Of a DNA stretch of 64,000 bases, positions 32,380-44,796 are shown in pieces. The stretch covers positions 1 through 64,000 of the forward strand of contig CAVSGM010000009.1 of the NCBI GenBank assembly GCA_963727485.1, given 5' to 3'. The position numbers and the translations under genes are program-made. The notes under the pieces were generated by a model. It made no database searches and was not told the origin of the DNA. It saw only the letters and a program-made list of their open reading frames with translations. Numbering within the stretch: the first letter of the stretch is position 1; each line of letters starts with the position of its first letter. Source of the stretch: an uncultured delta proteobacterium. GTDB taxonomy: Bacteria > Myxococcota > Myxococcia > SLRQ01.

Positions 32380-32957
32380 GCGGGCTCCCCCTCTTCCCGA
32401 GCCAGGAGGGCGGCCAGCCGCCGCTTGACCTTCGCCCGGAACCGCTCCAGGCGCATGGTCACCGTGCTCTTGCCCACCCCGAGACGCTCGGCAATCTCGC
32501 GGGCGGAGAGCTTCCCCTCCACGTAGAAGAGCCGCACCGTCTCGGCCTCCGGACCCTCCGGCAGGCTGGCGATGAGCTCGCGAACGATCTCGATGCGACG
32601 CTCCCAATCCAGGCGCTCCGGATCCACCCGGGGCGACGACGGCCCCCGGACGGGGTCGGCGAAGTAGCCCTCGGTGGCCCGACGCTCCGCCGCCAGGCTC
32701 GACACCCGGTTGAGACACCGGGAGCGGGCGATGGTCAGAAGCCACGGCCGGAACCGGGCCGGGTCGTTGAGGCGGTCGATGTTTCGGAAGGCTCGCACGA
32801 AGGTCTCCTGGACCAGGTCCTCCACGTCCGCCGAGGAGAGCTGGCCGAACCCGCGGCACACCCGTCGCACCGCGGCCAGGTGGGTGCTGTGGAGCTCCCG
32901 CCAGGCTGCGACGTCGCCATCGCGAGCGCGCGTCACCAGACCTGTCTCGTCGGTCAT
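32376..32957 (-). CDS. ECF sigma factor
   Basis: EDLVQETFVRAF and FRPWLLTIAR (region 2); LSAREIAERLG (region 4). Confidence 0.93.
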   Translation of the reverse strand: MTDETGLVTRARDGDVAAWRELHSTHLAAVRRVCRGFGQLSSADVEDLVQETFVRAFRNIDRLNDPARFRPWLLTIARSRCLNRVSSLAAERRATEGYFADPVRGPSSPRVDPERLDWERRIEIVRELIASLPEGPEAETVRLFYVEGKLSAREIAERLGVGKSTVTMRLERFRAKVKRRLAALLAREEGEPA

Positions 32958-33060
32958 GTCGTCCCGAATCTCACCTGATCCGACCGCCGTGATCCCGTGC
33001 CGGCCACCGGAATCGTCGCCCAGGTGGCACCCCGGACGCCAGCGGTGCAGGATCCCGCCG

Positions 33061-33750
33061 GTGCGCCTCTCGGTGATCCTCCCCGTCCTCGACGAGGCCG
33101 CCCACATCCGGGCGGCGGTGGGCCACCTGCGCGCCCTCGCCCCGGCCCCGGAGATCGTCGTCGTCGACGGCGGCAGCGCCGACGCCACCCCCACCCTCGC
33201 CCGGGACGCCGGCGCCGACCGGGTCCTCGAGACCCGGCCCGGGCGCGCCCTGCAGATGAACGCCGGCGCCGCCGCGGCCTCCGGCGACGTCCTCCTCTTC
33301 CTCCACGCCGACGTCCGCCTGCCGCCCTCGGCCCCGGCCCGGGTCGCCGCGGCCCTCGCCGACCCGGCGGTCCCCGGGGGCGCCTTCCGGACCTGGCACG
33401 TCCCCGAGGGCCCCTGGCCCCGGCCGCTGGCGCCCCTGCTCCACCTCGCCGACCTGCGCTCGCGCTACACCCGCACGCCCTACGGCGACCAGGCCCTCTT
33501 CGTCCGGCGGGCCGCCTTCGAGGCCGTCGGGGGCTTCCCGGAGCTCCCCCTGATGGAGGACCTGGCCTTCTCCCGGCGCCTCAGGAGCCTCGGCCGCCTC
33601 GCCCGGGTGACCGAGTCGGTCACGGTCTCCGCCCGGCGCTTCCAGGCGGGGCCGGTGCGCTACACCGTCCTGGTGAACACCTTCCCCCTGCTCTATCGCC
33701 TCGGGGTTCCGCCGGCGGCCCTGGCGCGGCTCTACCGGCATGTCCGATGA
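33061..33750 (+). CDS. GT2 glycosyltransferase (TIGR04283-like)
   Basis: SVILPVLDE, VVDGGS.D.T, GRALQMNAGA, FLHAD, YGDQ and PLMED motifs. Confidence 0.88.
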   Translation: MRLSVILPVLDEAAHIRAAVGHLRALAPAPEIVVVDGGSADATPTLARDAGADRVLETRPGRALQMNAGAAAASGDVLLFLHADVRLPPSAPARVAAALADPAVPGGAFRTWHVPEGPWPRPLAPLLHLADLRSRYTRTPYGDQALFVRRAAFEAVGGFPELPLMEDLAFSRRLRSLGRLARVTESVTVSARRFQAGPVRYTVLVNTFPLLYRLGVPPAALARLYRHVR

Positions 33751-35239
33751 TGGCCGCGGCATGACCCTTGCTGACCCGACCCCGCGGAGAGGACTCCGCG
33801 TGTACCTGACCGGCACCGGCCGCCGGCTCCTCGTCGGCTTCGGCACCCTGGTGGTGCTCCTCGGCGTCGCCACCTGGCAGACGTCCCGGGGCTTCACCAC
33901 CGTGCGCCAGACCTGCCACGCCATGCGCGTGGAGGAGCACAAGGTCCGCACCGTCCTCCAGCTCGGCAGCGCCGTCCGCGACCAGTACGCCCACCAGGCC
34001 CACACCATCCTCCTGGGCAACGAGAGCCACGTGCCCCTCTACCGCGAGGCCCGGGCCCGGGTGCGCCGCCTCCTCGGGGATCTGGAGCAGGGCCGGCTCT
34101 CCCCCTCGGACCGGACGGCGGTCGAGGAGATCCGCGCCTCCTCCGACGCCATGGACCGGGCCTTCCGCGGATCCATCCTCCCGGCGGTGGCTGCCCACGA
34201 CATGGCCGCCGCCCGGGCCGCCCACGACCGGGAGCTCTCCCGGGTGCTCCTGGTCCAGGACCGCACCGACGCCCTGGCGAAGCGCTCGGAGGCGGCCATC
34301 GGGGCCTTCGAGGCCAAGGTCGCCCGGATCCAGCGCCGGGCCTACCTGTGGTCGGTGGGCATCCTCCTGGGCGCGGTGGCCTTCGCGGCCCTCATGGGCC
34401 TGTGGATCGCCCGGTCGGTGGCCCGGCCGGTGGTGGCCCTCGAGGCCGGCGCCGCGCGCCTCGCCGCCGGCGACCTCGACACCCACCTCGACGTGGACCG
34501 CACCGACGAGTTCGGACGCCTCGCCGCCCAGTTCAACGCCATGACCACCTCGCTCAAGCAGCACCAGGCCGAGCTGCTCCGCAACGAGCGCCTGGCGGGG
34601 ATCGGCCGGCTGGCCGCCGGGGTGGCCCACGAGAATCAACAACCCCCTGGGGGTCATCCTCGGCTACGCGAAGCTCCTGGAGAAGAAGGGCGACGACGCC
34701 ACCCGGGCCGACCTGGCGGTCATCGTCGGCGAGACCCGGCGCGCCCAGGAGATCGTCGAGGGGCTCCTCGACCTGGCGCGGCCCTGGGATCCCGGCGACG
34801 GCGCGGTGGACCTGCGACCCCTGGCCGACGAGGCCGCCGAGCGCCTCCGGGAGTCGGGGTCGGCCGGGGACGTGACCCTCGAGGTCGAGGGCGACGGCCG
34901 GGCGGTGGCCACCCCCCGGGCGGTGAACCAGGTCCTCACCAACCTCCTGCGCAACGCCGTCGAGGCGGCGGGACCCGGGGGCCGGGTGCGGGTGACCGTG
35001 GGGGGCGGCGGCCCCGAGACCCGCCTCACCGTGGAGGACACCGGGCCGGGGATCCCCGAGGCCACCCGGGCCCGCCTCTTCGAGCCCTTCTTCACCACCA
35101 AGGCCGGTGGCACCGGCCTCGGCCTCGCCGTCTCCCAGGCCATCGCCCGGGCCCACGGCGGCCGCCTCGAGGCCGAGGACACCGGGCACGGCGCCCGCTT
35201 CATCCTGGTGCTCCCGGCGCCCAGGGAGGCGAGCGCGGC

Positions 35240-35243
<4 letters not shown>
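33740..35243 (+). CDS. HAMP sensor histidine kinase with His-rich periplasmic domain (frameshift at about 34634)
   Basis: Two TM helices, HAMP (DEFGRLA..FN.M), AHE(I)NNPL, NLLRNA and FEPFFTTK..GTGLGL motifs. Confidence 0.9.
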
Positions 35244-36631
<1,388 letters not shown>

Positions 36632-36749
36632 TCGCGGCCGTCACACTGTAACCGGGCCGGTCACCCCGCCCCGGACGCCGGGGGCGGGCATCGCGACCCG
36701 CACCGCGCCTCGACGCCCTCCGCCTGCGCCGAGGGCAACGCGCGGCCCC

Positions 36750-36765
36750 TGGCACGGTGGGTGCT
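36750..36765 (+). promoter_or_regulatory. Sigma54 -24/-12 promoter of the efflux operon
   Basis: TGGCACG-GTGG-GTGCT with correct GG-N10-GC spacing, directly before the TolC-family gene. Confidence 0.75.
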
Positions 36766-36779
36766 TGGTGGGGGGTGCC

Positions 36780-38087
36780 ATGACGACCCTCCGCCCCCCG
36801 ACCCCGGTCCTCGCCGTCCTCCTCGCCGTCGCCCTCGTCCCCCGCCCGGGCCATGCGGCGGACGACGCGCCCGCGCCCCTCGACAGCGCCGATGCGGCGG
36901 CCCGGGCGGTTCTCGCGGCGAACCCCGCGCTCTCGGCCCTCGAGGCCCAGGTCGCGGCCCTGAAGCACGGCGTCCCCCAGGCCGGCGTGTGGCAGGACCC
37001 CATGGCCGCGGTCGAGTACTCGAACATGCCCGTGGACGCGCCCTGGCCCGGCAACCACCCGATGTCGGGGATCCAGCTCAAGGTCCAGCAGACCCTCCCC
37101 GCCCCGGGGAAGCTCGCCGCCCGGACCGCCGTCGCCGAGTCGCGGGTGGTCAGCGCCCGGGACGCCCTGGCCGAGAAGCAGGACCAGCTCGTGGGCCTGG
37201 TCCGCGACCTCTACCACCGCCTGGCCCTGGTCCGGCAGCTCAAGGCGGTCACCGTCGAGCACCTCGGGCTGGTGAAGCAGTTCATCGCCGTGGTCCGCAC
37301 GAGCTACGAGGTGGGCCGGGCCCACCAGCACGACCTCCTCCGTCTCCAGGTGCTCCGGGACCGCCTCGCCGACGACCTCAACGGCTTCGACGACCGGGAT
37401 CGCCAGCTCACCTCGCTCCTGGTGGCGGCGGTGCACCGGCCCCCGGGCACCGAGGTCCAGACCCCCGAGGTCACCCGGGCCCCGGCGCCCCCGGCGCACC
37501 TCGACCCCCTCCTGGCCGGCGCCCTGAAGCGCCGCCCCCTGCTCCGGGACCTCGCCGACCGCGCCCACACCGCCGAGCTCGCCGCCCGGCGCGCGGAGGT
37601 GGAGCAGCGCCCGGACGTGACCGTGTGGCTCGGCTACCGCATCCGCACCCCGGCGGGCACCGACCCCGGCACCGACTTCGTCACCGCCGGCGCCTCCATC
37701 CCCCTGCCCTGGTTCTGGAACAGCCGGCGGTGGGGCGAGAAGGCCCAGGCGAACCGGGCGATGGCGCGGAGCCTGACCGACCGGCGCCAGGCCGCCGTCG
37801 ACGCCCTCCGGGGCCGCCTCGAGGCCGACCTCGCCCGGTGGCGCCGCGCCACCCAGAAGGCGAAGACCTACTCGGACGGGCTGGTCCCCGAGGCCCGCCG
37901 CACCCTCGACGCGACCTTCGCCGCCTACCGGGTCGGCCGCGCCGACTTCGCATCCCTCTACCAGGCGGAGCTCGAGCTCCTCGACTTCGAACGCACCATC
38001 CGCACCGCCGAAAGCGACGCCGCCCGCGCCGCGGTGGACGTCTCGACCCTCACCGGCGCCTACGCGCCCCAAGGAGCCCCGCGATGA
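36780..38087 (+). CDS. TolC-family outer-membrane factor (CusC-like)
   Basis: Signal peptide; QTLPAPGKL, RPDVTV and SIPLP motifs; first gene of the RND operon. Confidence 0.88.
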   Translation: MTTLRPPTPVLAVLLAVALVPRPGHAADDAPAPLDSADAAARAVLAANPALSALEAQVAALKHGVPQAGVWQDPMAAVEYSNMPVDAPWPGNHPMSGIQLKVQQTLPAPGKLAARTAVAESRVVSARDALAEKQDQLVGLVRDLYHRLALVRQLKAVTVEHLGLVKQFIAVVRTSYEVGRAHQHDLLRLQVLRDRLADDLNGFDDRDRQLTSLLVAAVHRPPGTEVQTPEVTRAPAPPAHLDPLLAGALKRRPLLRDLADRAHTAELAARRAEVEQRPDVTVWLGYRIRTPAGTDPGTDFVTAGASIPLPWFWNSRRWGEKAQANRAMARSLTDRRQAAVDALRGRLEADLARWRRATQKAKTYSDGLVPEARRTLDATFAAYRVGRADFASLYQAELELLDFERTIRTAESDAARAAVDVSTLTGAYAPQGAPR

Positions 38088-39598
38088 AGCGCCTCCACCT
38101 CAACCGCCGCCGCACCGTCGCCCTCTTCGTCGCCGGGCTGGTCGGCGTCGCCACCGTCGCCGCCACCCTCGCCCCGCCCACCCGGGCCGGCGCCGAGGAC
38201 GCCGCCCATGCCACGAAGAAGGTCTGGACCTGCGTCATGCACCCCCAGATCGTCCGCGACCATCCGGGCGCCTGCCCCATCTGCGGCATGAACCTGGTGG
38301 AGAAGGAGGTGTCGGTCGCCGGGGCCGAGAAGAAGGCGCCCAAGAAGGGGCAGAAGATCCTCTACTGGGTGGCGCCGATGGACCCGAGCTACCGGCGCGA
38401 CAAGCCCGGCAAGTCGCCCATGGGCATGGATCTCGTGCCCGTCTACGCCGGCGGCAACGACGAGGGGATGGTCGAGATCAGCCCGGTGGTGGTGCAGGAC
38501 ATGGGCGTGCGCACCGCGGTGGTCCGCCGCGGCACCATCTACCACCAGGTGCGTACCATCGGCAGCGTGGTCCCCGCCGAGGACCGGCTGTGGGTGGTGA
38601 ACCTGCGCTTCTCCGGGTGGATCGCGCACCTCTTCGTCGAACGAAACCGGCGTGCGGGTGAAGCGGGGGCAGGCGCTGTTCACCGTCTACTCCCCGGAGC
38701 TGGTGAGCGCCGAGCAGGAGTACGTGGTGGCCCTGAAGACCGCCGGGGCCGGGTCTCGCCCTCGCCCGGGCGAGCCGCCAGCGCCTCGTCTACTACGGGG
38801 TGCCCAGCTGGGAGATCCGGCGCCTCGCCAAGGACCGCACCTCCCGCGCCACCCTCACCATCCCCGCGCCGGGGTCCGGGGTCGTGCTCAAGAAGAACGT
38901 CGTCGAGGGGGCCAGGGTGAAGGCCGGCGAGGACCTCTTCCGCATCGCCGACCTCTCGGAGGTCTGGGTGGAGACCGACGTCTACGACTTCGACGCGCCC
39001 TGGGTGCACCTCGGGGCCAAGGCGAAGATGCGGCTCTCCTACGACCCGGGGCAGACCTTCGACGCCAACGTCGCCTTCGTGAACCCGACCCTGGACGTGC
39101 GGACCCGGACCCTGCGGGTGCGCCTGGAGGTGCCGAACACGGATCTCGAAGCTCAAGCCCGGGATGTTCGCCACCGTGGACATCGAGACCACGCCCCGAA
39201 AGGACGCGGTCATCATCCCCACCGAGGCGGTGATCCGCTCCGGGAGCCGGGAGCTCGTGTTCGTGGTCCATGAGCTCGGCCACTACGAGGCCCGACGAGA
39301 TCACCACCGGCGTCGCCGGCGCCGACTACGAGACCCAGGTGCTGGCCGGCCTGAAGCCCGGGGAGCGGGTGGTCACCAGCGGCCAGTTCCTCCTCGACTC
39401 CGAGAGCCAGCTCCGGGAGGCGGTGGCCAAGATGTCCGCCAAGGGCCTCGAGCGGCCACCGGCGAAGCGCAGACAGCGCGCTGACGCCGCGCGTCACCGA
39501 CGGCTGCCGGCGCCGACGGCGGCGACATGAAGGGCATGAAGATGGACCACGGCCCGACCACCAAGATGGACACGACGGGCGCGGCCCACGCGCACTAG
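38084..39598 (+). CDS. cusB: CusB-type membrane fusion protein with heavy-metal-binding N-terminal domains (several frameshifts)
   Basis: WTCVMHP..CPICGMNL, YWVAPMDP..KSPMGMDL, YSPELVSAEQE and SGQFLLDSES motifs; Met/His-rich tail. Confidence 0.85.
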
Positions 39599-39607
39599 GG
39601 AGCCCCC

Positions 39608-42600
39608 ATGATCGCCTGGATCATCGAGAAGAGCGTCCGCAACCGGCTCCTGGTCCTCCTGATCTCGGCCATCGTCGTCGGCGTCGGGGTGTGGGCGCTG
39701 GCGAGCACCCCGGTGGACGCCATCCCCGACCTCTCCGACGTCCAGGTCATCGTCTACACCGACTACGCCGGGCAGGCCCCGCAGGTGGTCGAGGACCAGG
39801 TCACCTACCCCCTGACCACCGCCATGCTCTCGGTGCCCTACGCCAAGGACGTGCGCGGCTACTCGTTCTTCGGCTTCTCGCTGGTCTACGTCATCTTCGA
39901 GGACGGGACCGACCTGTACTGGGCCCGCTCGCGGGTGCTCGAGTACCTGAACTTCGCCAGCAGCCGCCTGCCGCCCGGCGTGACCCCCCAGCTCGGCCCC
40001 GACGCCACCGGCGTCGGCTGGGTCTACGAGTACACCCTCACCGACTTCACCCCGCGCAGGCGTCGGTGCTCCGCCAGAAGCTCGACGCGAACCACGACGG
40101 AATGCGTCGAGCGACGACGAGCTGCCGGCCCCGGCAGGACAGTGAGCAAGGTCGACGGCAAGCCGGTGGCGGTCTACAGCCACGACCAGCTCGCCGCGCT
40201 CTTCACCACCGACCACCCCCCGGGTCCGCCCAAGCCCGCCGCAGTTCCGCGAAGAGCTGGCTGAAGTTACATCGTCGACGGCTTCGACCGCGACCACGAC
40301 GGGCGGATCTCCAGACACGAGCTCTACCAGGCCGCCAACTTCGCCGGGCATCGACCTGGCGCAAGCTGCGCTCGCATGCAGGACTGGTACCTGCGCTACC
40401 AGCTGATGAGCCGTGCCCGGGGTCAGCGAGGTCGCCTCGGTGGGCGGCTTCGTGCGCCAGTACCAGGTGGAGGTCGACCCGGAGAAGCTGCGCGCCTACG
40501 ACATCCCGCTCGCCAAGGTGAAGCACGGCCATCCAGCGCAGCAACACCGACGTCGGCGGGCGCCTGGTGGAGATGGGCGAGACCGAGTTCATGGTGCGGG
40601 GCATGGGCTACATCCAGAGCCTCAAGGACCTCCGGGACATCCCCGTCGGCGTCGACCCGGCGACCCACACCCCCATCTACCTGCGCCAGATCGCCGACAT
40701 CCACCTGGGGCCCGAGATCCGCCGGGGGCTCGTGGACATGGACGGCAAGGGCGAGGTGGTCACCGGGATCGTGGTGATGCGCTTCGGCGAGAACGCCCTC
40801 GACGTCATCCAGGCGGTGAAGGAGCGCCTCGCGGCCCTGAAGGCCGGCCTGCCGCCGGGGGTCGAGGTCCACACCTCCTACGACCGGTCGTCCCTCATCG
40901 AGCGGGCCATCGAGACCCTCGAGCACAAGCTCATCGAGGAGATGATCGTCGTCTCCATCATCTGCATCCTCTTCCTGCTCCACTTCCGCTCGGCCTTCGT
41001 GGCGATCTTCACCCTGCCGGTGGGGATCCTGATGTCGTTCATCGTCATGCGCGCCTCGGCGTCAACGCCAACATCATGAGCCTCTCGGGGCATCGCCATC
41101 GCCATCGGGGTGATGGTCGACGCCGCGGTGGTCCTGGTGGAGAACCTCCACAAGCACAAGGAGCGCGACCCCGGACACGACCCACCTCGAGCTGGTCATC
41201 CGGGCGGCCAAGGAGGTGGGCCCGGCGCTGTTCTTCTCCCTGGTCATCGTGACCGTGAGCTTCTTGCCGGTGTTCACCCTCCAGGCCCAGGAGGGGCGGC
41301 TGTTCCGGCCGCTGGCCTACACCAAGACCTTCGCCCTGGCCTCGGCGGCGCTGGTGTCGATCACCATCATCCCGGTGCTGATGTACTACTTCGTCCGGGG
41401 CAAGCTCCCGAAGGAGTCGAACAACCCCCTGAACCGGTTCTTCATCTGGATCTACCGGCCGGTGATCCGCGCGGTGCTGCGGCCATCCCGTGGCGCACCC
41501 TGGCCGCGGCCCTGATGGTGCTGGTGGTGAGCTTCTGGCCCTGGACCCGGATCGGCAGCGAGTTCATGCCCCCGCTCAACGAGGGCGACCTCCTCTACAT
41601 GCCCACCACCCCGCCGGGGATCTCGATCACCAAGGCCAAGGAGCTGTTGGAGCAGACCGACCGCATCATCGCCACCCACCCGCAGGTCGAGAAGCGTCCT
41701 GGGCAAGGTCGGCCGGGCGGACACCGCCACCGACCCGGCGCCGCTGTCGATGATCGAGACGGCGGTCACCCTCACGCCCCGAGGCGACCTGGCCCAAGGG
41801 CAAGACCATCGAGGACATCACCGGCGAGCTGAACCAGATGGTCCAGTTCCCCGGCGTCACCAACGCCTGGACCATGCCCATCAAGACCCGCATCGACATG
41901 CTGGCCACCGGGATCAAGACGCCGGTGGGCATCAAGCTCCTGGGCGCCGACCTCTCGGTGCTCTCCAAGGTGGGCCAGGAGATCGAGGCGGTGCTCCGCG
42001 AACCTCCAGGGCACCGCCAGCGTCTACGCGGAGCGGGTGGTCGGCGGCAACTACATCGACATCGAGGTCCGCCGGGAGGCCGCGGCGCGCTATGGCCTCA
42101 CCGTCGGCGACGTCCAGGACGTCATCCAGAGCGCCATCGGCGGCATGAACGTCACCGAGACCGTCGAGGGCCTCGAGCGCTACCCGGTGAACCTGCGCTA
42201 CCCCGGGAGCTGCGCAACGACCTCGACAAGCTGCGCGCAGGTCGCGGTGCCCACGCCCATGGGCCACTACGTCCCGCTGGCCGCGGTCGCCGACATCCGG
42301 GTGACCAAGGGCCCGCCGATGATCAAGAGCGAGGACGCGCGGCGCACCGCCTGGATCTACGTCGACCTCGACACCTCGGACCTCGGCGGCTACGTGAGGC
42401 GCGCCCAGGCGATGGTCACCCGGCGCGTCCAGCTCCCCGAGGGCGTGTCCATCGTGTGGTCCGGTCAGTACGAGTACATGCAGCGGGCCAACAAGCGCCT
42501 GGCGGTGGTGGTGCCCCTGACGCTCGCCATCATCTTCCTCCTGCTCTTCCTCCACTTCCGCAACTTCGTGGAGACCAGCATCGTGCTCCTGCACCCTGCC

Positions 42601-43059
42601 GTTCGCGCTGGTGGGCGAGCATCTGGCTCATGTGGCTGCTCCGACTACAACATCTCGGTCGCCGTGGGGGTCGGGTTCATCGCCCTGGCGGGCCTGGCGG
42701 CCGAGACCGGCGTGGTGATGCTGGTCTACCTCGACGAGACCTACGAGCGCTGGCGGTCCGAGGGGCGCCTGAAGAGCCTCGCCGACCTCACGCCCATCGT
42801 CATCGAGGGCGCCGTGGACCGGGTGCGGCCCAAGCTGATGACCGTCGCCGCCATCCTCTTCGGGCTCCTGCCCATCATGTGGGGCAACCAGACCGGCTCC
42901 CGGGTGATGAAGCGCATCGCCGCGCCGATGGTCGGCGGGGTGATCTCCTCGACGGTGCTCACCCTGGTGATCATCCCCGTGGCCTACTCCCTGTGGAAGC
43001 GCTTCCACCACCGCCACGATCTCCCGGCGACCCCGCCCCCCGAGGCGCCAGCGGACTGA
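39608..43059 (+). CDS. cusA: CusA/SilA heavy-metal RND transporter (many frameshifts; EF-hand insertion)
   Basis: [49 protein letters not shown] and RVRPKLMT motifs across alternating frames. Confidence 0.92.
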
Positions 43060-43181
43060 CGCAGGGGCTGCAGGACCGGCAGGGTTCCCGGTCCCGGCGC
43101 AGGGCTTTCCGCAGGGCTTGCGCCACGCCCGGGCCCGTCGGGGCACCCTGGGCCGCAGTACTAAGGTGACCGGATCGCGCG

Positions 43182-43197
43182 CGGCACGTGGCTTGCG
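43182..43197 (+). promoter_or_regulatory. Sigma54 -24/-12 promoter
   Basis: CGGCACG-TGGC-TTGCG with correct spacing, upstream of the small acidic gene. Confidence 0.7.
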
Positions 43198-43271
43198 TTG
43201 TTCCCGGGCGAGACCGCCCGCGCCAGGGGGGGGCGGTCCTCACCACCTCCCTGGTTCAGTTGGAGTGACAG

Positions 43272-43493
43272 ATGTCCACGATGATCAAGAAGCTGCTCCT
43301 CGCCAGTGCCCTCGTCCTCGGGCTCTCGGCCGCCATGCCGGCCTTCGCCCAGGAGGAGGCAGAGGGGACCGAGCAGGTCGAGCCCGCCCCGCCGGAGGAG
43401 ACCGCCGAGGAGGCCGCGCCCGAGGAAGGCCAGGCCGAGGAGGAGCCCGAGGCCCCGGCGCCCGAGCAGGGCACCGACGAGGCCGCCGAGTAG
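43272..43493 (+). CDS. Small secreted hyperacidic protein
   Basis: GGAG RBS, signal peptide ending AFA, 47-aa Glu/Ala/Pro mature part. Confidence 0.8.
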   Translation: MSTMIKKLLLASALVLGLSAAMPAFAQEEAEGTEQVEPAPPEETAEEAAPEEGQAEEEPEAPAPEQGTDEAAE

Positions 43494-43503
43494 CGTCTCT
43501 CTT

Positions 43504-43541
43504 GCCGGCGCCGCCGACCTCCCGGGGCCGGCGGCGCTGGC
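43504..43541 (+). terminator. GC hairpin, candidate terminator
   Basis: GCCGGCGCCGCCG / CGGCGGCGCTGGC stem directly after the stop; no U-tract. Confidence 0.45.
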
Positions 43542-43639
43542 CGCTCATGCCAGCGGTGTGCTAGGACCCCCGAGATCGTTCCCCTGGGCGCCGACGCCCT
43601 GGAGGAATCCCCGTCCCCTCTCGGAGGTTGGCCCCGGCG

Positions 43640-44461
43640 ATGCTGGCCCTGATTCCCTGGTTCACCGTTCCCCCCCTCAAGCTCGGGCCCCTCGAGCTCC
43701 ACGCCTTCGGAGCCCTGGCCGCCGCGGGGATCCTCGTCGGCGCCCGGCTCATGGTCCGGGCCGTCAACAAGTACGGCCCCGGAGACGAGACGCCGCTGGC
43801 CGACGCCGCCCCCTGGGCCGTGGTCGGCGGCCTCGTCGGCGCCCACCTGATGCACGTGCTGCTCTACCACCCGGAGATGCTCCACGACGAAGGGTTCGTG
43901 GCCATCCTCAAGGTGTGGTCGGGCCTCTCGTCCATGGGCGGCGTCCTCGGGGGCCTCCTCGCCTTCCTGCTCTACATCCGGTGGCGGGGCAAGCGGCTCA
44001 TCCCCTACCTCAACGCCATGGCGCTGGGGGCGGCGCCGGGCTGGGCCATCGCCCGGATCGGCTGCTTCACCGCCCACGACCACCCGGGCGTCCACTCGCA
44101 CCTGTTCCTGGCGGTGGCCGACTGGCCGGGCCTCCCCGGGGGTGCCCGCCTCGACATGGGCCTGATGGGCTTCCTCCTGCTCACGGCGATCTCCGGGCTG
44201 CTCTACTTCCTGGCCCGCAAGCCCCGCCCCGAGGGGTGGCTGATGGGCATCCTGGCCCTGACCTACGCCCCGGCCCGCTTCGTCTTCGACTTCTTCCGGG
44301 CCCACGACCTGTCCTTCTACATCCAGGACCGGCGGATCTTCGACCTCACCCCCGCCCAGTGGGTGTGCCTCGGCCTCATCCCCACCGGGGTGTGGCTGCT
44401 GGTCCGCGCCCGGGGCCGGGAGCCGATGGTGGCGCCCAAGCCGGCGGCCGGTCAGTCGTAG
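43640..44461 (+). CDS. Lgt-family (prolipoprotein diacylglyceryl transferase-like) protein
   Basis: LELHAFG, GGLVGAHL, GLSSMGG, ARIGC..HDHPG and RFVFDFFR motifs; multi-TM. Confidence 0.85.
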   Translation: MLALIPWFTVPPLKLGPLELHAFGALAAAGILVGARLMVRAVNKYGPGDETPLADAAPWAVVGGLVGAHLMHVLLYHPEMLHDEGFVAILKVWSGLSSMGGVLGGLLAFLLYIRWRGKRLIPYLNAMALGAAPGWAIARIGCFTAHDHPGVHSHLFLAVADWPGLPGGARLDMGLMGFLLLTAISGLLYFLARKPRPEGWLMGILALTYAPARFVFDFFRAHDLSFYIQDRRIFDLTPAQWVCLGLIPTGVWLLVRARGREPMVAPKPAAGQS

Positions 44462-44724
44462 TGGATCAGGGTCCACACGCCGATCACCACGAAGAGCACC
44501 CCGGCCGCCCGGTGGAGCCACACCGGGGGGATGGCCTTGGTCAAGGCCTCGCCCGCCAGGACCGCCAGGGCCGAGGTGCACACCAGCGCCAGGGCCGAGC
44601 CCAGGAACACCGCCCACCGCGACCGACCCCCGGCGGCGAAGCTGAGGGTGGCGAGCTGGGTCTTGTCGCCAATCTCCGCGAGGAAGATGGCGGCGAAGGT
44701 GGTGGCGAAGAGCTTGTAGTCCAT
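44452..44724 (-). CDS. GDT1/TMEM165 (UPF0016) half-size Mn/Ca transporter
   Basis: FLAEIGDKTQ signature, 3 TM helices, 90 aa. Confidence 0.92.
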   Translation of the reverse strand: MDYKLFATTFAAIFLAEIGDKTQLATLSFAAGGRSRWAVFLGSALALVCTSALAVLAGEALTKAIPPVWLHRAAGVLFVVIGVWTLIHYD

Positions 44725-44796
44725 GGGGGCCTCCGGTCACCGGAGGATACCCGGGCGGCCGGCGGGGGAGAACGCCGGATCCCACGGATCGCCGCG

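Noticed and set aside
38084..43059. Programmed frameshifting or pseudogene status for cusB and cusA
   Set aside because: Too many scattered indels with no slippery consensus and intact motifs; assembly error is more parsimonious.
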